Origin: Halomicrobium mukohataei DSM 12286 | GTDB lineage: Archaea; Halobacteriota; Halobacteria; Halobacteriales; Haloarculaceae | Direction: 5' to 3' | Assembly: GCF_000023965.1 (NCBI RefSeq) | Contig: NC_013202.1 | Span: forward strand, 2,550,001 to 2,582,000 | Length of the DNA: 32,000 nucleotides | Shown: positions 1 through 8,203 of the stretch, piece after piece | How positions within the stretch are numbered: position 1 is the stretch's first letter | How the letters are laid out: every line of letters starts with the position of its first letter | The notes under the pieces: generated by a model | Seen by the model: only the letters and a program-made list of their open reading frames with translations | Told to the model about the DNA's origin: nothing | The model's database searches: none | Position numbers and translations under genes: made by a program

Positions 1-24
1 CGTGACCGTCCTGGAGGCAGACGC

Positions 25-933
25 GTGATCCTCACGGTCACCTACAACCCCGCCGTCGACCAGACGGTCACCTTCGACGAGCCACTGGCCAGCGAGACGG
101 TCAACAGAGCGACCGACGCGCAGTTCGACGCCGGTGGCAAGGGGATCAACGTCTCGCAGTTCCTGACAGCGATGGACACCGCTACCGTCGCTACCGGGCT
201 CCTGGGCGGCTTTACGGGAACCTTCGTCACGGAACAGCTCGAAGCGGCCGACATTCCCGCGGAGTTCGTCACCGTCGACGAGCCGACGCGGCTCAACACG
301 ACCGCGCTGGCCGGCGGAGCCGACTACAAGCTCAACCAGGCGGGCCCCACCGTCGACGCGAGCGCCGTCGACGACCTCGTCGATCGCATCGCCGACCACG
401 AGCCGGCCCGCGTGCTCGTCGGTGGCAGTCTCCCGCCGGGACTGGAGAGCGACGCCATCGACCGCATCGCCTCGTCCGGACCGTGGCGGACGGCCGTCGA
501 CGTCGAAGGCGAGACGCTACGGACGCTGTCGGCCGACTACGCGCTGTGCAAGCCCAACCGCGAGGAGCTGGCCGCAGCCACCGAGACGACCGTCGAGACC
601 GTCGAGGAGTGTGTGGCGGCCGCCAGCGCGCTCGGAGAGCGGGGCTTCGAGCGCGTCGTCGCGTCGCTGGGTGCCGACGGAGCCGTCCTCGTCGGTCCCG
701 ACGGGGCCGTCCACGCCGAACCGCTGGCCGTCGATGTCGTCGACACGGTCGGTGCCGGCGACGCGCTGCTGTCGGGCGTGCTGGCGTCGCTCGAACGCGG
801 TGAGAGTGACGAACTCGCGCTGGCGACGGGAGTGGCGGTCGCGTCGCGCGTGGTGTCGCAGGCGGGGACCGGCGTTCCGGACCTCGACGGCGTCTTCGAG
901 GATCGGTCCGCCGTCGAGACGCGACGGCTCTAG
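25..933 (+). CDS. pfkB: 1-phosphofructokinase (PfkB/ribokinase family)
   Basis: 302-aa ORF with GTG start. N-terminal TVTYNPAVD and GGKGINVS motifs and C-terminal DTVGAGDA signature are typical of fructose-1-phosphate kinases. Acidic composition. Confidence 0.85.
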   Translation: MILTVTYNPAVDQTVTFDEPLASETVNRATDAQFDAGGKGINVSQFLTAMDTATVATGLLGGFTGTFVTEQLEAADIPAEFVTVDEPTRLNTTALAGGADYKLNQAGPTVDASAVDDLVDRIADHEPARVLVGGSLPPGLESDAIDRIASSGPWRTAVDVEGETLRTLSADYALCKPNREELAAATETTVETVEECVAAASALGERGFERVVASLGADGAVLVGPDGAVHAEPLAVDVVDTVGAGDALLSGVLASLERGESDELALATGVAVASRVVSQAGTGVPDLDGVFEDRSAVETRRL

Positions 934-2048
934 AACTTCGTCCCGTACTCGTCGACGAACGCACGGACCGCCTCGAACGTCGGTGGTTCGCCGCTGCGCA
1001 CGAACGCACCGGCGACGGCGTTGCCGACGACGACGGCACCGGCCGGATCCACACCGGCGACCAGTGCCAGCGCGAGGCCGGCGTTGAAGTGGTCGCCGGC
1101 ACTCGTCGTCAACTCGGGGTCGTCGACGGACGGGACGGCTACGTCCGTGGTCCCGTCGGCCCCAGCGACCAGCGACCGGTCGACGCCGTGCGAGACGAAC
1201 AGGCTGGCGTCGAAGGTCTCGCGGAGCGTGCGAGCCTTCGCTTCGAGCGATTCCTCGCTGCCGTCGCCGTAGGTCTCTGCGAGGAGTTGGGTCTCGGCGC
1301 GGTTGGCCGAGACGACGACGCGCGTCTTGGCCGCGAGGCGACCGATGGCACCGGTCCCGCCGTCGAGGCGCTCGGCGTCGAGCTTCCGTACGTCGCCGGG
1401 ATCGACGAGCACCGTCTCGGGCGGCTCGTCGATGTCGTCCCAGAGCCCGGCGATCCCGTCGAGTACGTCCGGCAGGTCGGGCGTCTCCGCCCAGTAGCCG
1501 GTGCCAAGCAGGGCCGCACCGTCGAGCCGGTCGCGGAGACGTTCTCGACCGAGCCGGTCCGTGAGAAACGACCAGTCCAGGTCCATCGTCGTCCCGTTCT
1601 CGATGAGCATGAGCTTGCCGTCGTCGAACTCGACGGCGTCCGTGTAGCCCGGTTGTCCCAGCGAGTGCAGCTCGCAGTCGGCGAACTCGTCGGCGAACAC
1701 GTCACGCACCGGCTGGCCGTACATCCCGATCATCACCGGATCGAAGCCCCAGCCGCCGAAGGCCCGAGCGAGGTGGCTCGTGTGGCCGCCGGTCCGGGTC
1801 CCTCGCTGGAGCCACTCGAAGGAGAGGGAGCTGTCGGCCGCGACGGAGTCGTGGACGCGATCGCCAAAGCCCGCCAGCGTGTCCAGTCGGTCGTAGTCGT
1901 CGGGATCGTGGCGATCGGCGACGACCTCGCGGACGCGGTCGACGTAGCCGTCGAAGCCGAAGACGACTCGCTCGCTCGGGACTGTCTCCGGGAGCTGTGC
2001 CCGTGCAACGGCGACGGCGGCCTCGGTCTCGTCGTCGAACGAACTCAT
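930..2048 (-). CDS. ribokinase-superfamily sugar-kinase homologue, specificity unknown (possibly ADP-dependent-kinase-like)
   Basis: 372-aa acidic ORF. C-terminal NRAE (NxxE) and TTSAGDHFNAG (GxGD-type) motifs of the ribokinase superfamily. N-terminal GFDGYVDRV and GGHTSHLA patterns recall, from memory, ADP-dependent gluco/phosphofructokinases. Its stop overlaps the pfkB stop in CTAG. Confidence 0.6.
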   Translation of the reverse strand: MSSFDDETEAAVAVARAQLPETVPSERVVFGFDGYVDRVREVVADRHDPDDYDRLDTLAGFGDRVHDSVAADSSLSFEWLQRGTRTGGHTSHLARAFGGWGFDPVMIGMYGQPVRDVFADEFADCELHSLGQPGYTDAVEFDDGKLMLIENGTTMDLDWSFLTDRLGRERLRDRLDGAALLGTGYWAETPDLPDVLDGIAGLWDDIDEPPETVLVDPGDVRKLDAERLDGGTGAIGRLAAKTRVVVSANRAETQLLAETYGDGSEESLEAKARTLRETFDASLFVSHGVDRSLVAGADGTTDVAVPSVDDPELTTSAGDHFNAGLALALVAGVDPAGAVVVGNAVAGAFVRSGEPPTFEAVRAFVDEYGTKF

Positions 2049-2072
2049 AGTGGTCCTCTCTCCTCCCGTCCC

Positions 2073-2855
2073 TTAGAGTACGTCGTCTGCACTCGCACCC
2101 TCGAAGACGACCCGTTCGAGTTTGTCGAGGATGTCGTACGGGTCCTCTCGTTGCCAGACGTTGCGGCCGACCGCGAGCCCGGAGACACCCGCGTCGAGAC
2201 AGCCCTCGACCAGTTCGAGGAACTCGCGGTCGGAGGTCTTCGAACCGCCAGAGAGGAGGACGCCGGTGTCGCCGGCCGCGTCGACGGCGTGAGCCATGGC
2301 CCCCGGACTGCGTGGGTACTTGACCTTCACGAAGTCACCGCCGAGTTCGAGGCCGATGCGGGCGGCGTAGGCGATCGCGTCCCGACTCCGATGCTCCTTG
2401 ATCGCCTGTCCGCGCGGGTACGACCACATCGCTATCGGGAGGTCGTGATCGCGTGCTCGCTCCTGAACCGGCCCGAAGTCCTCGAACAGCCGCGGTTCGT
2501 CGTTGACGCCGGGGTAGACCGTGTACCCGACGGCGTCGGCACCCAGCTCGGCGGCGTAGTCGACCGACCAGTTCTGGGCCGCGTACGGTTCGCCCATCCA
2601 GAGGTCCGAACCGCCGTTGAGCTTCGCCAGCAGATTCACCTCGTCGTCGTAGCTGGGATAGTACGTCTCGGTCAGTCCCTTGCCGACGGCCAGAGCGGTG
2701 ACCGCGTCGTGGGTCGCCATCTCGAAGACCGCGTTCGGATCGAGACGCGCCTCGACGCCGTCGAACTGCTTTGGCCCGTGTTCGAGCCCGTGATCGTGCG
2801 CGAGGACGATCGTCTTGCCGTTGCGGACGAGCGGCGAGTCGTCGCTGACGTGCAT
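2073..2855 (-). CDS. class I fructose-bisphosphate aldolase, archaeal DhnA/FbaB type (paralogous ADH synthase not excluded)
   Basis: 260-aa ORF. Motifs: AHDHGLEHGP near the N-terminus, lysine context DFVKVKY, GRNVWQ near the C-terminus. Neighbourhood with pfkB favours FBA. Confidence 0.75.
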   Translation of the reverse strand: MHVSDDSPLVRNGKTIVLAHDHGLEHGPKQFDGVEARLDPNAVFEMATHDAVTALAVGKGLTETYYPSYDDEVNLLAKLNGGSDLWMGEPYAAQNWSVDYAAELGADAVGYTVYPGVNDEPRLFEDFGPVQERARDHDLPIAMWSYPRGQAIKEHRSRDAIAYAARIGLELGGDFVKVKYPRSPGAMAHAVDAAGDTGVLLSGGSKTSDREFLELVEGCLDAGVSGLAVGRNVWQREDPYDILDKLERVVFEGASADDVL

Positions 2856-2863
2856 GCACGCTC

Positions 2864-2910
2864 GTACGAAAAACGATCACAAAGCGTTTTCGAATATGAT
2901 TGTTTCGTAC
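2864..2910. promoter_or_regulatory. AT-rich promoter region of the aldolase gene with nested inverted repeats
   Basis: GTACGAAA (2864-2871) is the exact complement of TTTCGTAC (2903-2910). AAAACG (2870-2875) pairs with CGTTTT (2885-2890). The region lies 10-55 nt upstream of the aldolase ATG (2855, minus strand) and is the only AT-rich stretch in the 2856-2980 spacer. Confidence 0.3.
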
Positions 2911-2980
2911 CGTTTCCGATCGGGCCGGCCAGAGCGTCGCCACTATCGGGAGTCACGGTCACGAAACGTCGCTCCGGGCG

Positions 2981-3424
2981 CTACGCGGCGCGGTCGCAGA
3001 CCATACTCCAGCGCCCGTTCGTCTCTAGCTTCTCCTGGAGCAGTCCCGCGTACTCAGCCGCGAGCTCCTCGGCTTCCTGGATGCGGTCGTCGCCGCCACC
3101 ACCGCCGCCGAGTCCCAGCGCGTCCTTGACGCCGCCCAGGATCCCTCCGCCGGTGTCGCCGCTCGAACCGCCGCCACCACCACCACCCATCGGCCCCTGC
3201 TCGGCGATCCGATCGAGTTCGGGCATGATCGTCGAGAGGTTCGACGTGTCGGCCACGATCTCTGCCGTCTCCGGATCTTCGGCCCCGTTGATCTCGAATT
3301 CGAGTGCCGTCATCACGAGGTTCCACTGCTGGTTCGAGAACGACGAGGCCTCGACGCGGTCGTTGAACTCGGTGTCGACCTCCATTCGCTCCGCGGCGAT
3401 CGCGTTCGTCCAGTCGCTACTCAT
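2981..3424 (-). CDS. small acidic protein with poly-glycine linkers, function unknown (conserved-haloarchaeal type)
   Basis: 147-aa ORF, very acidic, with two Gly tracts (GGGGGGGSSGDTGGG and GGGGGG). Clean ATG start. Confidence 0.7.
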   Translation of the reverse strand: MSSDWTNAIAAERMEVDTEFNDRVEASSFSNQQWNLVMTALEFEINGAEDPETAEIVADTSNLSTIMPELDRIAEQGPMGGGGGGGSSGDTGGGILGGVKDALGLGGGGGGDDRIQEAEELAAEYAGLLQEKLETNGRWSMVCDRAA

Positions 3425-3546
3425 ACACAGGCGTTCACGAGCCGGGGGTATGAGCGTTTCCCGCTCGTATTACCTTGTTTTCCACCACCGTGGAGTCTCC
3501 GCTAACTCCGTGACACATAAGTTGTCCTTTCAGTTAGACAGTGTAC

Positions 3547-4830
3547 ATGGACACACAGGTCGGTACAGGGCAAGCAACGGGAGATAACGGTGACGCCGCC
3601 GGTATGGCAGCAGCGCGTGAGGCTCTTAACGGCATTGAAGCTGATAGCCCCGACTTCTGTCAAGTATTCTGTTCACCAGTCTACGACTACGATGCAGTGC
3701 TGTGGGGCATTCGAAGCGTCGTCGGTTCAGACACCGAAGTCATCGGCTGCTCGTCTTCGGGAGAGTTCACTGAAGCGGGCTCGAAAGCAGAGACCGTGAC
3801 AGTTGGCATCGTCGCTTCGGACTCGATGGAGTTCTTTACTACGCTCTCGACGGGGTTGGGTGCCGACCACAAGCGCTGCCTGTTCGAAGCGGTACACGAT
3901 CTTCCGGAACCGGATGCTCCGCAGATCGACCAGTACCCACACCGTGCGGTAATCAACCTCCATGACGGAATCGTCAGCATCGGAGACGAGATCACGAAGC
4001 TCACCGAGCAGTATCTCGACGACGACCAGATTCCGATTGTCGGCGGCTCTGCTGGTGACGACCTTCGGCTAGAGGAGACACACGTATTCTGTAATGGACA
4101 GGTCGAATCAGACGCCGTCGCGCTCGCGCTACTGGCCTCTGAAGATCCATTCGCGGTAACGGTCAACCACGGCCACGAACCGATTTCGGAGCCGATGGCT
4201 GTCACGCGGGCCGAAGGAAGCACAGTCTACGAGCTCGACGGACGGCCCGCTTTCGAGGCCTGGCGAGATGCAATTCAGACAGATGCGAGAGAGTCGTACG
4301 GAATCGACGTCGACGACTTGGATGCCGGTTCTGAGGAGTTTCTAATGTTACTCGGCCGCTACGAGCTGGGTATCGAGTCGGAACCCGACGCCGACGCACA
4401 GAGTATCGCGTCTCGGATTAGAGATTTCGTCGCGTCTGCGTTCATTTCGACGGAAGGGTACAACATCCGGTGGCCGGGACGGACCGCAAATACTGATGGC
4501 TCTCTCGGATTTACCGTAGACATTGCCGAAGGAACTGAGTTACGTGTCACACACAGCAGCAAACCCGATCAGGTGTCGGCCGTCGAAACAGCCGCATCGA
4601 ATGCCGCCGACGAACTCGGCGGCAATGCCGTTGCTGGCGGGTTCGTCTACGACTGTGCGTGTCGGGCGATGATTCTGGGAGATGACTTCGACGACGCAGT
4701 CGACGCGATCAGCCGTTCGATCGATGCACCGTTCGCTGGCTTCGAAACATACGGCGAAGTCTGCTCGGCGGACGAGGACTATACGGGCTATCACAACACC
4801 TCTGCAGTTGTGTTCTTGTTCCCGGAGTAA
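3547..4830 (+). CDS. stand-alone FIST (FIST_N + FIST_C) sensory-domain protein
   Basis: ATG at 3547; the ORF track starts 2 codons earlier at a GTG. FIST_N-like VFCSPVYDYDAVL...VIGCSSSGEF and FIST_C-like GGFVYDCACRAMILG...PFAGFETYGEV motifs. No output domain. Sampled lines are about 52-57% GC, visibly below the neighbours. Confidence 0.8.
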   Translation: MDTQVGTGQATGDNGDAAGMAAAREALNGIEADSPDFCQVFCSPVYDYDAVLWGIRSVVGSDTEVIGCSSSGEFTEAGSKAETVTVGIVASDSMEFFTTLSTGLGADHKRCLFEAVHDLPEPDAPQIDQYPHRAVINLHDGIVSIGDEITKLTEQYLDDDQIPIVGGSAGDDLRLEETHVFCNGQVESDAVALALLASEDPFAVTVNHGHEPISEPMAVTRAEGSTVYELDGRPAFEAWRDAIQTDARESYGIDVDDLDAGSEEFLMLLGRYELGIESEPDADAQSIASRIRDFVASAFISTEGYNIRWPGRTANTDGSLGFTVDIAEGTELRVTHSSKPDQVSAVETAASNAADELGGNAVAGGFVYDCACRAMILGDDFDDAVDAISRSIDAPFAGFETYGEVCSADEDYTGYHNTSAVVFLFPE

Positions 4831-4858
4831 CCGCCGGCAAAAGTCGTCTCCTCGCGGC

Positions 4859-5257
4859 TCAGACCACGTCGTCGTGCAGCGTGATCTCGGCGTGGAGTTC
4901 GTCCTGGAGTGCCGAGTGAACGTGACAGATCTCCTCGCCGAGTTCGACGATCTCCTCGACGTCGTCGCCGAGGTCGGCCTCGACCTTGATCTCGAACGCC
5001 ACCGCGTCGAGGTCGTCGTCGTCGTCGAGATCAGCTGCAACCTCGGCCTCGACAGCGCCCAGATCGTCGTAGCCGGTCTGGTCTGCGGCGACGCGCAGCG
5101 CCGGGATGTAACACGAGACGTAGTCCGCCGCCAGCACCTGGTTCGGAGACGGACCGTCCTCGCTCAGCGCGTCGACGACCAGTTCCCACTCGTCGTCGAT
5201 GACGTTCGTGACCGTATACCCTTCCTCACACGTACTGCTGACTTCGATGTCTGCCAT
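4859..5257 (-). CDS. hypothetical very acidic protein
   Basis: 132-aa ORF, Asp/Glu-rich with halophile-like composition. ATG start with a TATA-like GTTTAC about 30 nt upstream. No recognisable motif. Confidence 0.6.
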   Translation of the reverse strand: MADIEVSSTCEEGYTVTNVIDDEWELVVDALSEDGPSPNQVLAADYVSCYIPALRVAADQTGYDDLGAVEAEVAADLDDDDDLDAVAFEIKVEADLGDDVEEIVELGEEICHVHSALQDELHAEITLHDDVV

Positions 5258-5365
5258 AGCACTCGTGAGGTCGAACGGCTCCGCCGTAAACGTTGTCGAT
5301 CCGTAATACTGAGGGTCGACAGGCGGGGTGGAGAGGGCCTCGCGGTTTCACCGCTCGGCTTTCGG

Positions 5366-5732
5366 AGACCCTCGCTTCGCTCGGCGCGCCCTTCGCTGCT
5401 CGCGTGTCGCTACGCTCCCGCTCGCAAAAACGAGACCCCTCGCTTCGCTCGGCATGCCCTTCGCTGCTCGCGTGTCGCTACGCTCCCGCTCGCAAAAACG
5501 AGACCCCTCGCTTCGCTCGGCGCGCCCTTCGCTGCTCGCGTGTCGCTACGCTCCCGCTCGCAAAAACGAGACCCCTCGCTTCGCTCGGCATGCCCTTCGC
5601 TGCTCGCGTGTCGCTACGCTCCCGCTCGCAAAAACGAGACCCCTCGCTTCGCTCGGCATGCCCTTCGCTGCTCGCGTGTCGCTACGCTCCCGCTCGCAAA
5701 AACGAGACCCCTCGCTTCGCTCGGCGTCTCGC
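5366..5732. repeat. tandem array of a 68-bp unit, about 5.4 copies
   Basis: CTCGCTTCGCTCGG recurs at 5371, 5439, 5507, 5575, 5643 and 5711, an exact 68-nt period. Units are identical except GGCGCGCC (units 1, 3) versus GGCATGCC (units 2, 4, 5). A degenerate partial unit lies upstream (about 5340-5370), and the last partial unit ends at the metE stop codon (5733-5735). Confidence 0.95.
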
Positions 5733-6800
5733 TTAGTCCGCGCTCGCCGTCTGTCCACCGACCACGTCGATCTCGCCCTCGTCGAGCTCCTGTTCGATCT
5801 CGCGGGCCGCCTGGACCATGTTCTCCATCTTGCCGTAGGCGACCTCGCGGGGCAGGAGCTTGATCCCGCAGTCCGGGGAGACCGTCAGCTGCTCGGGCGG
5901 AACGACTTCCAGCCCTTTCTTGATGTTGTCTTTGATCTCCTCTACGGACTCGACCTCGGCGACGTGGGCGTCGACGACGCCCATCGCGAAGTCCTTCGTG
6001 AACTCGTCGTTCTTGAACACGTCGAGTTGCTCGTAGTCGCCGTTGGCGAGTTCGAGGTCGTACTCGTGGACCGGGTACTCCAGCATCTCGGGGTAGATCC
6101 GAGAGTAGTCGCCGTAACAGACGTGCAGGCCGAGGCGCACGTCCTCTGGGAGCCCGTCGGCGATGCGTTCGAGACACTCGCCGACGATCGCGTGGTCGTC
6201 CTCGTACTGGGCGAGAGCCGGCTCGTCGATCTGGACGTACTTACAGCCGGCGTCGACGAGGCGCTCGATCTCCTCGTTGACGAGGTCCGCCAGGGCGTAG
6301 GCGGCGTCCTCGGTCGTCTCGTAGGCCTCGTTGAAGGCCCAGCGGGCGAGCGTGTAGGGACCGGTGATCGGCACCTTGACCGGGCGGTCGGAGACCGACG
6401 ACGTGAACTTGTACTCGTCGACGAGCCACTCCTCGCCGTACTCGACCTCGTCGGCGATCGAGGGCTTGTCGAAGTAGTTGTGGCCCCACACCTTCACGCG
6501 GCCGTTGAACTCGTAGCCGTCGATCAGCTCGGCGAAGTACTCGACCATCTCGTTGCGGCGCATCTCGCCGTCGACGACGGTGTCGAGCCCGGACCGCTCG
6601 TGTTCCTGCGTGATGAGTCGGGCGGCGTCGTCCTTCGCCTCTTCCCAGTTGTGCTCGTCGAAGTCGGCGTCGGGGTCTTCGAACAGCTCGCGGGCGCGGT
6701 CGTGCCACTTGGGCTTGGGGTAGGAGCCGACGACGCTGGTCAGCAGGAAGTGCTCGTTGTCGTGGTCCTCGGGTCGGAACTGCTCTCGGGGACCCGTCAT
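5733..6800 (-). CDS. metE: cobalamin-independent methionine synthase, catalytic (MetE C-terminal-domain type) protein
   Basis: 355-aa ORF. SVVGSYPKPKW N-terminus, DGEMRR and HVCYGDY / SPDCG (Zn-ligand contexts) typical of archaeal short MetE. Confidence 0.85.
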   Translation of the reverse strand: MTGPREQFRPEDHDNEHFLLTSVVGSYPKPKWHDRARELFEDPDADFDEHNWEEAKDDAARLITQEHERSGLDTVVDGEMRRNEMVEYFAELIDGYEFNGRVKVWGHNYFDKPSIADEVEYGEEWLVDEYKFTSSVSDRPVKVPITGPYTLARWAFNEAYETTEDAAYALADLVNEEIERLVDAGCKYVQIDEPALAQYEDDHAIVGECLERIADGLPEDVRLGLHVCYGDYSRIYPEMLEYPVHEYDLELANGDYEQLDVFKNDEFTKDFAMGVVDAHVAEVESVEEIKDNIKKGLEVVPPEQLTVSPDCGIKLLPREVAYGKMENMVQAAREIEQELDEGEIDVVGGQTASAD

Positions 6801-7792
6801 GCTTCCACCTCCTCGATCGCGGCGGCGTCAGCCAGCGCCTCGATCTTGGCCTCGAACTTGTTCTGCGGGAGGTAGAACAGCTCGGTGTTGGCCGTCGCGT
6901 AGACGGTGTCGTAGTCGCCGTCGGTCTGCTCGACGAACCACTCGACGCGCTCGCGGATCGTTTCGGGAGTCTCGACGAACGTGTTCTGGCCGTCGACCAG
7001 GCCGAGTGCCACGTCGTCTTTGGTGCCGTACTCCTGGACGTTGTAGACGTTCTGCTCGTGGTCGGCGATCAGGTCGAAGCCGATGGCGTCCACGTCGGCG
7101 TCCATGAGGTGGGCGTACACCTTCTCGTCGAGACTGCCCCAGTAGGTGTGAGCGACCACGTCGGCGTCGACGGCCGAAGCGACGGTGTCGATTGCCTCGC
7201 TGGCGCGCTCGTCGGCCCCCTCACCGGGCGCGTTCTCGACGAGAGACGGCTCCAGCAGGAACAGCGTCTCGACGTCCGGGAACTGGTCGGCCTCGGCGGC
7301 GAGAAAGTCCGCGACGGCGTCGAGGAACGCCGCCTCGTCGCCGTAGTGCTCGTCGGTCGCGAGGTCCGCGAGCGAGTACGGACCCGGCAGGACCGCCTGG
7401 AGCCCCGAATCGACGTGTGCTGCCGCGGCGTCGAGTTCGCCGGCCACGTCGCCGGAGGCTTCGAGGTCGCCGGTGACGACCGGCTCTCTGTAGAAGTTGT
7501 TGTTGTCGTAGTAGCGGACGATCCCGCGGGTCTCGACGCTGTCGGCGACCGCCAGCGGGTGAGCGATCATGTCGTCCCAGCGCAGCTGGCCCTCGGAGAC
7601 GCGGTCGAGGCCGGCGTCGGTCTGGACGCTGACGACCTCTTTGCGAGCGCGGTCGTAGGCGTCGACGATCTCCGGTCCCTCGTCACCGCTGACGAGGTCG
7701 GACTTCTGGTGGCCTTTCAGTCGAGACAGTTCGTCTTTCGCCCAGTCCGGAAGCGGGAACAGACCGGCTGTCGTGGCGACTACCTGTGTCAT
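6797..7792 (-). CDS. MetE N-terminal-domain-like protein (methionine synthase paralogue/partner)
   Basis: 331-aa ORF. TTAGLFPLPDW and EGQLRWDDM motifs parallel the downstream MetE but lack the Cys/His Zn contexts. ATGA overlap with metE (6797-6800) implies an operon. Confidence 0.8.
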   Translation of the reverse strand: MTQVVATTAGLFPLPDWAKDELSRLKGHQKSDLVSGDEGPEIVDAYDRARKEVVSVQTDAGLDRVSEGQLRWDDMIAHPLAVADSVETRGIVRYYDNNNFYREPVVTGDLEASGDVAGELDAAAAHVDSGLQAVLPGPYSLADLATDEHYGDEAAFLDAVADFLAAEADQFPDVETLFLLEPSLVENAPGEGADERASEAIDTVASAVDADVVAHTYWGSLDEKVYAHLMDADVDAIGFDLIADHEQNVYNVQEYGTKDDVALGLVDGQNTFVETPETIRERVEWFVEQTDGDYDTVYATANTELFYLPQNKFEAKIEALADAAAIEEVEA

Positions 7793-7912
7793 TACGGCTA
7801 GGTTGGAAATGACGGGCTTTAATATTTCCTATATCAGAAAATGTCCGGTAGTTATTCGACGGAGTTCCGATCACCGGGCGTCACAGCCCTGTGGTGGTAC
7901 GTGCTACCGCAC

Positions 7913-7920
7913 CTATATTT
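7913..7920 (+). promoter_or_regulatory. TATA box for the small zinc-finger gene
   Basis: CTATATTT is centred about 26 nt upstream of the ATG at 7943 (leaderless geometry). Confidence 0.4.
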
Positions 7921-7942
7921 GTGTGACGTTCGAAGACGCAGT

Positions 7943-8122
7943 ATGGCACACAGCCCCGAAAACGTCGTCGAGTTCGTCTGTTCGAACTGCCAGGTGACAC
8001 ACGCCGGCACGCCGGTTCACCGCTCGGCCGGCGATCACCAGTTCGAACCACCCGAGGCCTGTGGAGCCTGCGGAGCGACGGCGTTCGTCCCGACCAGCGA
8101 GTGGATTCACCACCACGAGTGA
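7943..8122 (+). CDS. small zinc-finger protein (CxxC...CxxC)
   Basis: 59 aa from the internal ATG of the 93-aa ORF. CSNC and CGAC pairs. The upstream part of the long ORF is basic/hydrophobic and would overlap the TATA box. Confidence 0.55.
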   Translation: MAHSPENVVEFVCSNCQVTHAGTPVHRSAGDHQFEPPEACGACGATAFVPTSEWIHHHE

Positions 8123-8203
8123 CGCCGCCAGTCGTCTCACGCGAGAGTCGACTCGGCGTCTGCCCGTCCCTCGGGGCGGCCCCGTCTCACAGCACACAGC
8201 CGA

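Noticed and set aside
1089-3587. 832-aa ORF on the plus strand spanning three minus-strand genes
   Set aside because: It runs antisense to three well-supported genes (kinase homologue, aldolase, Gly-rich protein). Its composition is Arg/Val/Gly/Pro-rich and not acidic. This is the typical open-frame artefact of very GC-rich DNA.
5293-5863. ORFs translating the 68-bp array (147, 393 and 515 aa on the plus strand; 70 and 187 aa on the minus strand), and the possibility of a CRISPR array
   Set aside because: All frames are open only because the repeat lacks stop codons and 68 is not divisible by 3. The products are periodic, basic Arg/Ser/Ala peptides unlike the acidic proteome. It is not CRISPR: the entire 68-bp unit repeats, there are no unique spacers, and there are no cas genes.
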